The notes under the pieces: generated by a model
Database searches by the model: none
The model's input: the letters and a program-made list of their open reading frames with translations, nothing else
What the model was told of the DNA's origin: nothing
NCBI GenBank assembly: GCA_040770465.1
Contig: JAXGJB010000009.1
Span: forward strand, 9,808 to 73,807
Source: Methanothrix sp.
GTDB lineage: Archaea; Halobacteriota; Methanosarcinia; Methanotrichales; Methanotrichaceae
Direction of reading: 5' to 3'
Length of the DNA: 64,000 bases
In this document: positions 8,864 through 17,759 of the stretch, in pieces
How the letters are laid out: each line of letters starts with the position of its first letter
How positions within the stretch are numbered: the stretch's first letter is position 1
Program-made: the position numbers and the translations under genes

Positions 8864-9778
8864 TCAATCTTTTCGGTTCCTGTAGATCTCCCTCAGAACC
8901 TCCCGGTGCATCGAGACGACGGCGTCGCCGAGGATCCCCATGAAGAAGAGCTGGAACCCTACGATGATCAGAACGGCCGTCAGGATCGTCAGGGGTATGT
9001 GCTCGGTCCGGGTGGCCAGCCACTCGCTCGCGACGTAGAGGCCGAGGAGGAAGCCGGCGGCTCCGAAGAACGAGCCCATCAGACCGAAGTAGAATAGAGG
9101 GTTGTGGGTCTTGGCCATCCGGTAGATGGTGGCGATGATCCTCGCGCCGTCCATGAGGGGGTTGAGCTTCGTCTTCGTTCCGGTCGTCCTCGCCCGGTAG
9201 GTTATGGGGACCTCGGCGATCGATAAACCCTTCTTGACGCTCTCGACTGTCATCTCCGTCTCGATCTCGAAGCCCTCCATGGTGAGGTCGAGCCGTCGGA
9301 CGGAGTCGCGGTTGAAGGCCCGATAACCGGTGAGGATGTCGTTAAGGGGCACATTGTAGGTTATTCTGAAGAAGAAGTTGATCAATCGATTCCCTGCCGA
9401 GTTCAGACGGGTCAGGGCCCCTTTCTGGAGGTTTCCGAACCGATTTCCCATGACGTGGTCGGCTTTTCCCGCGAGGACCGGGTCGAGGAGGAGGCCGACC
9501 TCGGACGGAAGGTAGGTCCCGTCACCGTCGATCATCACGATGTACTCGGCCTCGATGAGGTCGAAGGCCTCTTTGAGGGCCTGGCCCTTCCCCTTCCCGC
9601 TCTGGACGACGACCCGGGCTCCGGCAGCCTTCGCCAGCTCGCAGGTCCGGTCGCAGCTGTGGCCGTCGATGACTAGGATGTCGTCGAAGCCCATCCCCCT
9701 GAACTCGCCGATCACCTCGGCGATGGCGTCCTCCTCGTTCAAGGTGGGGATCAGAATGCAGACTTGATGGTCGGTCAA
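8864..9778 (-). CDS. aglJ: GT2 glycosyltransferase, AglJ-like (dolichol-phosphate sugar synthase family)
   Basis: ILIPTLNEE, DGHSCD, DGDGTY, GFEIETE motifs; two C-terminal TM helices. Confidence 0.8.
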   Translation of the reverse strand: MTDHQVCILIPTLNEEDAIAEVIGEFRGMGFDDILVIDGHSCDRTCELAKAAGARVVVQSGKGKGQALKEAFDLIEAEYIVMIDGDGTYLPSEVGLLLDPVLAGKADHVMGNRFGNLQKGALTRLNSAGNRLINFFFRITYNVPLNDILTGYRAFNRDSVRRLDLTMEGFEIETEMTVESVKKGLSIAEVPITYRARTTGTKTKLNPLMDGARIIATIYRMAKTHNPLFYFGLMGSFFGAAGFLLGLYVASEWLATRTEHIPLTILTAVLIIVGFQLFFMGILGDAVVSMHREVLREIYRNRKD

Positions 9779-9845
9779 CGCTGATCAGCTCTTCTCCCTT
9801 TTTCCAGTGGTCGATCCTCGGATGGGGCTCCCTTCTCCGGCCGTG

Positions 9846-11156
9846 TCACCTCAGGGCCCCTTTTATGAACCCCTCAAACCTCTTCACAAGATCTGCCGCA
9901 TCCGCCCCCGCGGTCTCGACGTAGAGCCTGATGAGGGGCTGGGTGTTGGAAGGCCTGATGAGGACGGTATAATCCTCGCCGCAGATCTTGAGGCCGTCGG
10001 TGGTATCGGGCTCCAGGGATGCGAGGTCGCTTTCCAGCCGTCTCATCACCTCAGCCGCCGACCCCTCTATCCGGATGCTCTTCTGGACGTAGGGGTAGTC
10101 GGGGATGGCGTCGGCGAGATCTGAGAGCTTCTCGCCCCGGGAGACGATCTCGCCCAAGGCCAAGCTCATGGCGAAGGGGTCGTCGGAGAGCTGGAACTCC
10201 GAGAGGAAGAAGTGGGCGCTCCGCTCGACGCCGAGGACGGCGCCCTCGTTCTTCACCCGGTTCGCGACGTAGACGTCTCCCACCCTCTCCCGGATCACCT
10301 CGATCCCCAATGGTTCCAGCTCCCGTTCGACGATCATGGAGCAGTCGAAGCCCGCCACCACCTTGTCGCCGGGGCCGTACCGTTCTTTCGCCAGGATCAC
10401 CGCCACCTTCTCGGGGGTGACGATCCGCCCCCGATCGTCTACCACCAGGCCCCGGTCGGCGTCGGGGTCGAAGCCGACGCCGTAATCCGCCCCCGTCTCG
10501 ACGACCAGCTTTGCAGCATCCCGGAGGGATTCTTCCGTGGGGGCGGGGCCCCGGCCGGGGAACAACCCGTCGGGCTCGCCGTTGATCATCCTCCCGTCGA
10601 AGTCGAGCCTCTGGTAGAGCATGGACATTCCGCAGGCGGAGCCGTTCCCCATGTCCAGGACGATCCGGAGGGGCCGCTCGATGGAGAGCTTCCCTTCGAC
10701 GTAGTCGGCGTACCTCTTTATAACATCTTCAGGGGCGCGATTGGTCTTTTTCCCCTCGCCCTCTCGAAAGGCGCCCTTCTCGTAGATCTCCATAATCCCG
10801 GTCTTGTGGTAGAGCATCCCGTACCCTTCGGCGGTCCTGAACCTGATGCCGTTGTACTCGGGGGGGTTGTGGGAGGCCGAGATGTAGGCGGCAGCGTCGT
10901 AGCCTTTTTTCCAGGTCTCAAAGCTGATAATCGATATCGGAAGGACGCCGTAGCTGTCGACGTTGCAGCCGGTGGATAAGACCCCTTCCAGGAAGGCCCG
11001 CTCCACCGAGGGGCCGCTCACCCTCGTATCCCTCCCGAGAGTTATCCTGCCGTCGGGGAGGTAGGACCCCAGGGCTTTTCCCACCTTCCGCGCGATACCC
11101 TCGGTCAGCTCCGTCCCGTAGACGCCTCGCACGTCATAAGCTCTGAAGACTGTCAC
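9846..11156 (-). CDS. Phosphomannomutase/phosphoglucomutase
   Basis: FRAYDVRG, SASHNPPEYNG, FDPDADR, RPSNTQP motifs. Confidence 0.92.
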   Translation of the reverse strand: MTVFRAYDVRGVYGTELTEGIARKVGKALGSYLPDGRITLGRDTRVSGPSVERAFLEGVLSTGCNVDSYGVLPISIISFETWKKGYDAAAYISASHNPPEYNGIRFRTAEGYGMLYHKTGIMEIYEKGAFREGEGKKTNRAPEDVIKRYADYVEGKLSIERPLRIVLDMGNGSACGMSMLYQRLDFDGRMINGEPDGLFPGRGPAPTEESLRDAAKLVVETGADYGVGFDPDADRGLVVDDRGRIVTPEKVAVILAKERYGPGDKVVAGFDCSMIVERELEPLGIEVIRERVGDVYVANRVKNEGAVLGVERSAHFFLSEFQLSDDPFAMSLALGEIVSRGEKLSDLADAIPDYPYVQKSIRIEGSAAEVMRRLESDLASLEPDTTDGLKICGEDYTVLIRPSNTQPLIRLYVETAGADAADLVKRFEGFIKGALR

Positions 11157-11213
11157 GGTAGAGAGGTCGCCAGAATATCTGAAATAGTTTTCGAAAAACC
11201 GTCGGGCTTGCCG

Positions 11214-11975
11214 TCACCTTTCAAGGGACCCTACGGCGTGGCCCGACCTGATAGATCCGATCCTCACACGCACCCGGTCGCCGACGGCTGCGCCGGGGAC
11301 GAAGACCTTGAACCCCTCGACGTCGGCGACACCGTCTCCCGACTTGCCAACGCCGAAGATCTCGACTTCAAGAACCTCCCCCACCTTCACCGGCGGTAAA
11401 AAGAACCCCTGGCCGACGACGTACATCTCGGCGCTCTCCTTTCTGGAGGCGGCTGGGGAGTGGGACTGGGCTCTTCTGAACCTCTCCTTCACCTCCGAGA
11501 GGTAGTCGAGGAAGGTGTCCCCCTGGAAGACCTTCACCAGGAAGTTTCCGCCGGGCTTGAGTGCCGATTCGGCGACCTGGAGGGCCGATCGGGAGAGGTC
11601 GATGGACCTTGCGTGGTCGAGGGTCCAGTTTCCCGAGAGGTTCGGCGCCGCATCGCAGATCACGACGTCCGCTTTCCCGCCTAGGGCCTCGACGATCAGC
11701 TCCAGGGTCTCGGGGGTGGTGATGTCTGCCTTGATCGTCGTCACCCCATCGATCGGCTCGATGGCGAGGAGGTCGACCCCGACGACCCGGCCGCCGGAGA
11801 TCTCCTTTGCCACCTGGAGCCAGCCGCCGGGGGCTGCCCCCAGGTCCAGGACGGCGTCGCCCCGCCTGATCAGCCGGAACCTCTTATTGATCTGCTGGAG
11901 CTTGAAGGCCGACCGGGCCCGGTACCCCTCGGCTTTGGCCTTCCGGTAGAAGTAGTCCTTTTGATCCCTGGCCAT
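11214..11975 (-). CDS. rlmE: 23S rRNA Um2552 2'-O-methyltransferase with C-terminal TRAM domain
   Basis: GYRARSAFKL, DLGAAPGGW, ASRKESAEMY; TRAM-like GKSGDGVA...FVPGAAVGDRVRVRI; ATG at 11975. Confidence 0.93.
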   Translation of the reverse strand: MARDQKDYFYRKAKAEGYRARSAFKLQQINKRFRLIRRGDAVLDLGAAPGGWLQVAKEISGGRVVGVDLLAIEPIDGVTTIKADITTPETLELIVEALGGKADVVICDAAPNLSGNWTLDHARSIDLSRSALQVAESALKPGGNFLVKVFQGDTFLDYLSEVKERFRRAQSHSPAASRKESAEMYVVGQGFFLPPVKVGEVLEVEIFGVGKSGDGVADVEGFKVFVPGAAVGDRVRVRIGSIRSGHAVGSLER

Positions 11976-12111
11976 CAAGGGGTATTTTCGGCCCAAGGCG
12001 ATAAAGGGCTTGTGGTTCGACTCAAATAAAAAAAACACGTGGCTCATTAAGCCAGGAAGACGTAGAATCTCCAAATGACCCATGTCTTCTTTTTAGCTTT
12101 CTAGCTTCTTT

Positions 12112-12534
12112 CTAAGTCGAATCCAACCAGTTGATTATCTCCTTTGCGAAACGGGAGAATACGGTCAAGGCTTTGAGGAAGTTCTCGAATACCAGGTCTG
12201 GTTCAATCCCTGTATAACGATGAATCAGAACGTTGCGAAAGCCCCCCAGCCCTTTTATCAGCAAGTAGAGTTCCTCTGAGATCACCTCGTTGTCAAAGAG
12301 GCCCTTCAGGCTCTCCTCGTAGCTTTCTGGATAGACTCCAAATTCTTCTGAGAGAATGTGGTCTGCTATGTCGAAGATCACCGAAGCTCCGGCGATCAGG
12401 CCTCTCTCGATGATCCATCTCTCGCTCAGATCGCTTCTCAGCGAATCGAGGGTGATGTCTCCGTATCTGGAGAGTTCCCGACGTATTATGTCCAGCTCTT
12501 TCAACCGTTCGTCTACTGACTCTCTTCTGAACAT
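12112..12534 (-). CDS. hepT: HEPN/DUF86 ribonuclease toxin (HepT family)
   Basis: RNVLIHRY fits the RX4HXY motif; coupled to upstream MNT gene. Confidence 0.85.
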   Translation of the reverse strand: MFRRESVDERLKELDIIRRELSRYGDITLDSLRSDLSERWIIERGLIAGASVIFDIADHILSEEFGVYPESYEESLKGLFDNEVISEELYLLIKGLGGFRNVLIHRYTGIEPDLVFENFLKALTVFSRFAKEIINWLDST

Positions 12535-12968
12535 CAGATCATCCTCTTCTTGAGAGCATCCATCTGCCGCCTGCGCATCGGCGCCGTATCGCGGTAGAGG
12601 TGCAGAGTATCCAGAACGAAGCGCTCTCTTGCGGCTTCATCGGAGACGTAGATGGGTCTCCCCGACCTGACGATCTCAAAGCGCAAGACTGGCGACGCCC
12701 TTCGAAGGTCGACCAGGTCGAGCCGCTCGGTCCCCAGGGCGTCGACGATCTTATCCCTCAGCCTCCAGGCGGGCTCTTCCGGCGTCGCGGTCAGAACGGC
12801 GAGATCAACGTCGTGGGGCTCTCGATCGGTTTCATCTCTTGCAAGCGAGCCGAAGAGGTAGGCGAGGATCACGTCCTCCTCCTCAAAGAGGCTGGTCAGC
12901 TTTTCGAGAGAGCTTCTTATCTCCTCAGGAAGGGGCCGATGTCCAGCCCAGCGCTCGGGAATGCCCAT
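12534..12968 (-). CDS. mntA: Minimal nucleotidyltransferase antitoxin (MntA family)
   Basis: AYLFGSLAR...HDVDLAV and LDLVDL motifs; stop overlaps hepT start. Confidence 0.87.
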   Translation of the reverse strand: MGIPERWAGHRPLPEEIRSSLEKLTSLFEEEDVILAYLFGSLARDETDREPHDVDLAVLTATPEEPAWRLRDKIVDALGTERLDLVDLRRASPVLRFEIVRSGRPIYVSDEAARERFVLDTLHLYRDTAPMRRRQMDALKKRMI

Positions 12969-13164
12969 AAGATCTCCTCAGTGATTCTGGTGGTATGCTC
13001 GGAATATATATTTTCATCCGAGCGGATCTCAGGTCGGCGCCGGATGGGGCGGATGTCCACGGTTGGGCGCAAAGCCCCAGAGAAAGGGGGACGAGGCGGC
13101 CGTGTGGAGGCGCATTTTGAGGAGAATGGTTTAACTGATTGGTCGCATATATTCGACCAGGTGA

Positions 13165-13383
13165 TTGGACGTGTGGACGTTTACGGCTGTGGTCTATAGG
13201 GAAGAGGAGATGTACGTGGCCCAATGCCCCGAGGTTGGGACGGTCAGCCAGGGTGAGACGCCAGAAGAGGCCGTGGACAACCTGAAAGAGGCGACCGAGC
13301 TTTACCTGGAAGAGTTTCCTCTGGAAGAAAAGAAACGACCTTTCATAACCACCTTTGAGGTGGTTCCCGTTGTCAAAGCTTAG
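13165..13383 (+). CDS. hicB: HicB-family antitoxin (short UPF0150 type)
   Basis: YVAQCPEVGTVSQGETPEEAVDNLKEATELYLE. Confidence 0.88.
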   Translation: MDVWTFTAVVYREEEMYVAQCPEVGTVSQGETPEEAVDNLKEATELYLEEFPLEEKKRPFITTFEVVPVVKA

Positions 13384-13450
13384 GACGGTCTTTGGCGAGG
13401 CGGCGGTCAAGATTCTCTATAACAAGTTCGATTTTGCCAGGTATCTGTGA
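13370..13450 (+). pseudogene. hicA: Truncated HicA-family toxin fragment
   Basis: TTG ORF overlapping hicB end: MSKLRTVFGEAAVKILYNKFDFARYL*; resembles HicA N-terminal helix but stops before the GSH motif. Confidence 0.65.
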
Positions 13451-13622
13451 GCATCCGTTCTTGAGTCGGGCTAGTTCCTGCCGAGGGCGTTGATTCATCT
13501 TGTTTTCGCGGCTCGATCTCTTCGCCTCTGCCTGACCTGCGCGACGTTCACGGAGCCTCCGGGCTCCTGGGGCTTTGACCCTCGTTGTCCGAAACAGAAC
13601 CCTTCATCACCCACCTGGAAAG

Positions 13623-13712
13623 CGTGAACTGCGACGTTCTGGTGGTGGGAGCCTCCCACTCGGGGATCGCGGCCGCCACATCTTCTGCGAAGTCGTGGGC
13701 CGAGGCAATCCT
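13623..13712 (+). pseudogene. Duplicated 5' fragment of the reductase gene at 15568
   Basis: 13623-13682 matches 15567-15626 with 2 mismatches (VNCDVLVVGAS[H/P]SGIAAATS), then decays over about 30 further nt. Confidence 0.85.
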
Positions 13713-13868
13713 GCGGGTGAGATTCCTCCGATAATCATGACCTCGTCCTGAGGCAACGCACCGCTAGCGGACCATGCGCCACATTTCTGCATTTGCTAGC
13801 AGTCGGAATATACATAGAATCCAAGAAGAGTGGTCCGTCCTTTAGGTAGAAATGGATTAATCAACCCA

Positions 13869-13959
13869 TATAAATATCCGAGTTTAGAGATTCCACTAAT
13901 GTGATAACATATAAATAGCATTAAATTTTAACTATGTTAATCCGTATAACAAGGTGAGG
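13869..13959 (+). promoter_or_regulatory. Archaeal TATA boxes and RBS for GH30 gene
   Basis: TATAAATA at 13869-13876 and 13910-13917; GGTGAGG at 13953-13959. Confidence 0.55.
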
Positions 13960-13963
13960 AGCT

Positions 13964-15481
13964 ATGATAAAATGGAGTGTCTTAAGTAAATCGATTTTAG
14001 TTCTGCTGGTTTTGGGTTCGGCTTTGTCGATCAGCCTATGCGCCCAACATGATGACTCTAGCGAGACAGTAGAGGTTTGGCTGACAACCGGAGACGAGGC
14101 AAATAAATTAAAGCAACAAAATGACAAAAGTTTTACATCAGAAGAAGAGATTAATCATCCGTTTATTTTAATAAAGGAAAATATTAAGTATCAGACTATG
14201 GAAGGTTTCGGAGCTGCAATGACAGATTCCTCTGCCTGGCTGCTTAACGAACTAAAGGCTAATAATAGCACTAAATATTGGGAAGTCATGAAGGTATTAT
14301 TCAACAAAACTGAGGGGATCGGCATAAGTTATATCCGTCTGCCCATGGGCGCTTCAGATTTCGCGCGATATAACTACACCTATGATGAGATGCCATCCGG
14401 TCAGGTCGATCCGAATCTCGCAAATTTTTCAATTGATCGCGATAAGGATTACATAATTTCCGTCCTTAAAGATGCAATCGCGATAAACCCACAAATCAAG
14501 TTTATGGCAAGTCCGTGGAGCGCACCAGCTTGGATGAAATTGAACAAAGAACTTAATAACGGTAGCCTCAATCCAGAATACAGGAAAGCATATGCGAATT
14601 ACTTTGTAAATTTCACCCAAGCCTATCAAGATGAAGGGATTCCAATTAGCTTAGTTACAGTTCAAAATGAACCACAAAACCCGACACCGGAATATCCAAG
14701 TATGAAAATGGAATGGTACGATCAATCCGATTTTATAATTAACTATCTTGTTCCAGCATTTAAAAATGCCGCAAGAGATGATCCGGATTTTAGCACAAAG
14801 ATTCTTGTCTGGGATCACAATTGGGATAATCCATCATATCCGACTAACGTTCTGAATGATATCCAAAATGATACAGATGCGAATGCATCTGTTGTCGGTT
14901 CCGCTTGGCATAGTTATAGCGACGACCCACACCCTGAGAATCTGGGACTAGTTTATAAGTCGCATCCTGATAAAGGCATTTACTTCACAGAAGCCAGCGG
15001 CCACTACGATCCTACAAAACAAAAAGCTGATACATGCTTTGCCGGTGATTTGATTTGGGGCATCGAAAACGTTTCCATTGGAGCAACTCGCAATTACGCC
15101 AAGACCGTTCTATACTGGAACCTAGCATTAGATCCAAATGGAGGACCACGTCTAATTGAAGATGATGAGTGCAGAATGCGTGGGATTGTAACTATAGATC
15201 CCCTCAATGAAACCTTCAACAATACAACCGAATATTACGTCCTCGGCCATCTTAGCAAGTTCGTAGATCCAGGAGCAAGAAGGATTAATTCGACCTCGAA
15301 CGCTTCTGTGGATAATGTAGCTTTCCTGAACCCTGATGATTCGATTGTGCTGCTAGTCTTGAACAACGATGATACCAATCCTAAGTCCTTCGATGTCCAG
15401 TGGCGTGATCAGCATTTCAGCTACGAGCTCCAGAAGCAGTCTGTTGTTACATTCAAGTGGAATCAAACCGCAACCGCCTAA
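13964..15481 (+). CDS. Secreted glycoside hydrolase family 30 (glucosylceramidase/beta-1,6-glucanase-like)
   Basis: YQTMEGFGAAMTDS, RLPMGASDF, ASPWSAPAWMK, QNEP (acid/base), FTEA (nucleophile), YWNLALD, GHLSKFV; visibly AT-richer than flanks. Confidence 0.93.
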   Translation: MIKWSVLSKSILVLLVLGSALSISLCAQHDDSSETVEVWLTTGDEANKLKQQNDKSFTSEEEINHPFILIKENIKYQTMEGFGAAMTDSSAWLLNELKANNSTKYWEVMKVLFNKTEGIGISYIRLPMGASDFARYNYTYDEMPSGQVDPNLANFSIDRDKDYIISVLKDAIAINPQIKFMASPWSAPAWMKLNKELNNGSLNPEYRKAYANYFVNFTQAYQDEGIPISLVTVQNEPQNPTPEYPSMKMEWYDQSDFIINYLVPAFKNAARDDPDFSTKILVWDHNWDNPSYPTNVLNDIQNDTDANASVVGSAWHSYSDDPHPENLGLVYKSHPDKGIYFTEASGHYDPTKQKADTCFAGDLIWGIENVSIGATRNYAKTVLYWNLALDPNGGPRLIEDDECRMRGIVTIDPLNETFNNTTEYYVLGHLSKFVDPGARRINSTSNASVDNVAFLNPDDSIVLLVLNNDDTNPKSFDVQWRDQHFSYELQKQSVVTFKWNQTATA

Positions 15482-15567
15482 TGCGGTTTGATCCCAACTA
15501 TATCTTTGGTGTTCTCATTCTCCCTCATAAGAAACCTTCATCACCACCCTTTCCCCACCAAATAGTC

Positions 15568-16728
15568 GTGAACTGCGACGTTCTGGTGGTGGGAGCCTCC
15601 CCCTCGGGGATCGCCGCCGCCACATCGGCCGCCGAGGGCGGAGCCGAGGTGATCCTCCTCGACAAAGATATGGGCGGCGAGTTCGACCACCCGGCCAACA
15701 CCTTCTTCGACGGGATGTTCTCCCGGGCGGGTCTCGCGGTCGAGCGGGATTACGTCCTCCACGACCTGGACGGGATGCACATCATCTCGCCCGGCGGGTG
15801 CGTCATCGAGATCCCGGCGCCGGGGAGGTTCATCGACCGATCGAGGTTCGATGATCTTCATCTCGAAAGGGCCGAGATGGCCGGGGCCAAGCTTCTCCGG
15901 GGCGAGGCGAAGAGCGCCCCCCTGGCGAGCGCCAGCCGAAGGGTCGAGACCGATTCCGGCGAGATCGGGGCCCGGGTGGTGATCGACGCCTCCGGGGTCG
16001 ATGGTCTGATCGCGAGAAAAGAGGGGCTCGCGCCGCTGAAGCATCCGGAGGACGTCGCCTGGGCCGCCGAGGCGGTCGTCGAGCTTCCGGGCCTTGGGGA
16101 GGAGAAATACTTCGAGTACTTCGTCGGCTCGATCTCGCCGGGCTGGAAGGCGACCTTCTCCCCCGGCGGCGGCGATATGGCAACCCTGGGCGTCTTCGTC
16201 CGGGGGCACGGCCGGGACGTCCGCCCGTTTCTGGAGCGTTTCGTTGAGATGTTTAAGAAATACAAGTCCGCCGACTACGACGTCGCAGAGATGAAGATAG
16301 TCTCCATCAACCGGGGCGGGGACGCGATTGCGACGCTTCCGGGCGAGATCGTCTCCGATTCGCTGATGGCGACGGGGGCGGCGGCGGGGATGAGCGGGAT
16401 GGCCTACGCCATCCGGGCGGGGACGATCGTGGGCGAGGTCGCCGCCGGGGCCGCTGCGTCGGGGGACGTCTCGAAAAGGAGGCTTTCGGCATACGCCAGC
16501 CGGTGGCGCCGCGAGTTCGGCCTGGAGTACCGGATGGGCCGGGCGTCTCTCGTGACCCTCGGCAGGCTGAAGGACGAAGAGATAGACCGGCTGGCCGAGG
16601 GCTTCGCGAAAAGTGACCTCGACCTCTCAGGCTCGTTCTTCAGAAAAGGCCTCTCGGCGGGGATCGCCATGGCCAAGGCGCGGCCCCGGACGATCCCCGC
16701 CCTCGTCCGGAGCTTCGCCGAGGGCTGA
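15568..16728 (+). CDS. Geranylgeranyl reductase family FAD-dependent oxidoreductase
   Basis: DVLVVGASPSG FAD-binding start, IDRSRFD, VIDASG; GTG start at 15568. Confidence 0.85.
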   Translation: MNCDVLVVGASPSGIAAATSAAEGGAEVILLDKDMGGEFDHPANTFFDGMFSRAGLAVERDYVLHDLDGMHIISPGGCVIEIPAPGRFIDRSRFDDLHLERAEMAGAKLLRGEAKSAPLASASRRVETDSGEIGARVVIDASGVDGLIARKEGLAPLKHPEDVAWAAEAVVELPGLGEEKYFEYFVGSISPGWKATFSPGGGDMATLGVFVRGHGRDVRPFLERFVEMFKKYKSADYDVAEMKIVSINRGGDAIATLPGEIVSDSLMATGAAAGMSGMAYAIRAGTIVGEVAAGAAASGDVSKRRLSAYASRWRREFGLEYRMGRASLVTLGRLKDEEIDRLAEGFAKSDLDLSGSFFRKGLSAGIAMAKARPRTIPALVRSFAEG

Positions 16729-16772
16729 TAAGATAATGGCTTGCGGCTCAGGAGCCTGAGATCGCTCTCGGA

Positions 16773-17078
16773 TTAAGCCACCTCGACGTTGCTGCTCTCC
16801 TCTCTCGCCCCGCCGTCCTCGGGGAGCTTGATCTCGCCGTAGGTCGCCTCGTACCTCTTCAGGTTCGCGCCGAGGGCCCGAAGGAGCCTCTTGGCGTGCT
16901 GGGGGGTTATGGTCACGATGGCGCGCCCCTGGGCGAGGTTCGTTTCGGGGATCTTGTGGAGGAAGGTCAGGGTGACCTCGTCATCGGCGTGGCTTATCTT
17001 GATCAGATTTGCGTAGACCGGCTCCAGGCTCTCGGGTATCCTCACTCCGAGCTGCTGAGTACGCTTCTTCTCCGTCAA
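16773..17078 (-). CDS. DUF3467-like small protein
   Basis: PVYANLIKISHADDEVTLTF...ITPQHAKRLLRALGANLKRYEATYGEI. Confidence 0.8.
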   Translation of the reverse strand: MTEKKRTQQLGVRIPESLEPVYANLIKISHADDEVTLTFLHKIPETNLAQGRAIVTITPQHAKRLLRALGANLKRYEATYGEIKLPEDGGAREESSNVEVA

Positions 17079-17234
17079 ATCATTTTCACCAGGAGGTCCG
17101 TTGGAAGGAGGTCTGTCTTATCCTTTCCGCCGCTTGGGAAAGGGAGGGTGGGATGAAGTGGTGAGGGAAACGAGGTGGGGTGGGAAAAAGGTGGAAAGGA
17201 AAATCCTTTATCTGCTGAGGCGATTCTCACCTCC

Positions 17235-17759
17235 ATGATAGAGCTGAGGAGTGACCCTTACGTCCTGAAGTCCAGAACCGTCCAGGAGACGGAGCTTGAC
17301 TTCAGGATCAACCTGAACCTCTCCTGGTGTCGTGGCGTCCTCTTCAACGTGGTGGCGCTGAAGAACTCCGTCGCCATCGTCGAGTACGACGCCATCCTCT
17401 GGACCGATGAAGCTCTCATGTTCATAGAGTACAAGGACTCGGTCGCCGCCTACAAGAACCTCACCACCAGGCGGATCCAGCAGATAGGAAGCTTCGCCAA
17501 GAACATCGCCGCAGGCCTCGGCTATCGGGCCTACACCTTCCTCGTGGTTGTGAACGGATTGACCGAAGAGACCGCCCGGGGCGGGGCGGTCGTCATCCCC
17601 CTCTTTATGCTCGGAAGCTACGAGCCCACCTTCAGCTCAGCAGTAACGGAGCTGGAGCTGATCGAGAAGTTGATCGAGAAGTACAACCGGGGCGGAAACC
17701 CCGATGTGGCCGGAGACTTTGAGAAGCTGAAGACGATCATCGAGACGGGGTTACCTTGA
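17235..17759 (+). CDS. Hypothetical protein with PD-(D/E)XK/NERD-like motif
   Basis: EYDAILWTDEALMFIEYKD followed by a QQ helix; stop overlaps aroK start. Confidence 0.65.
   Translation: MIELRSDPYVLKSRTVQETELDFRINLNLSWCRGVLFNVVALKNSVAIVEYDAILWTDEALMFIEYKDSVAAYKNLTTRRIQQIGSFAKNIAAGLGYRAYTFLVVVNGLTEETARGGAVVIPLFMLGSYEPTFSSAVTELELIEKLIEKYNRGGNPDVAGDFEKLKTIIETGLP

Noticed and set aside
11214-11400. RlmE-TRAM fusion as a novelty
   Set aside because: Known architecture in Methanomicrobia and haloarchaea.
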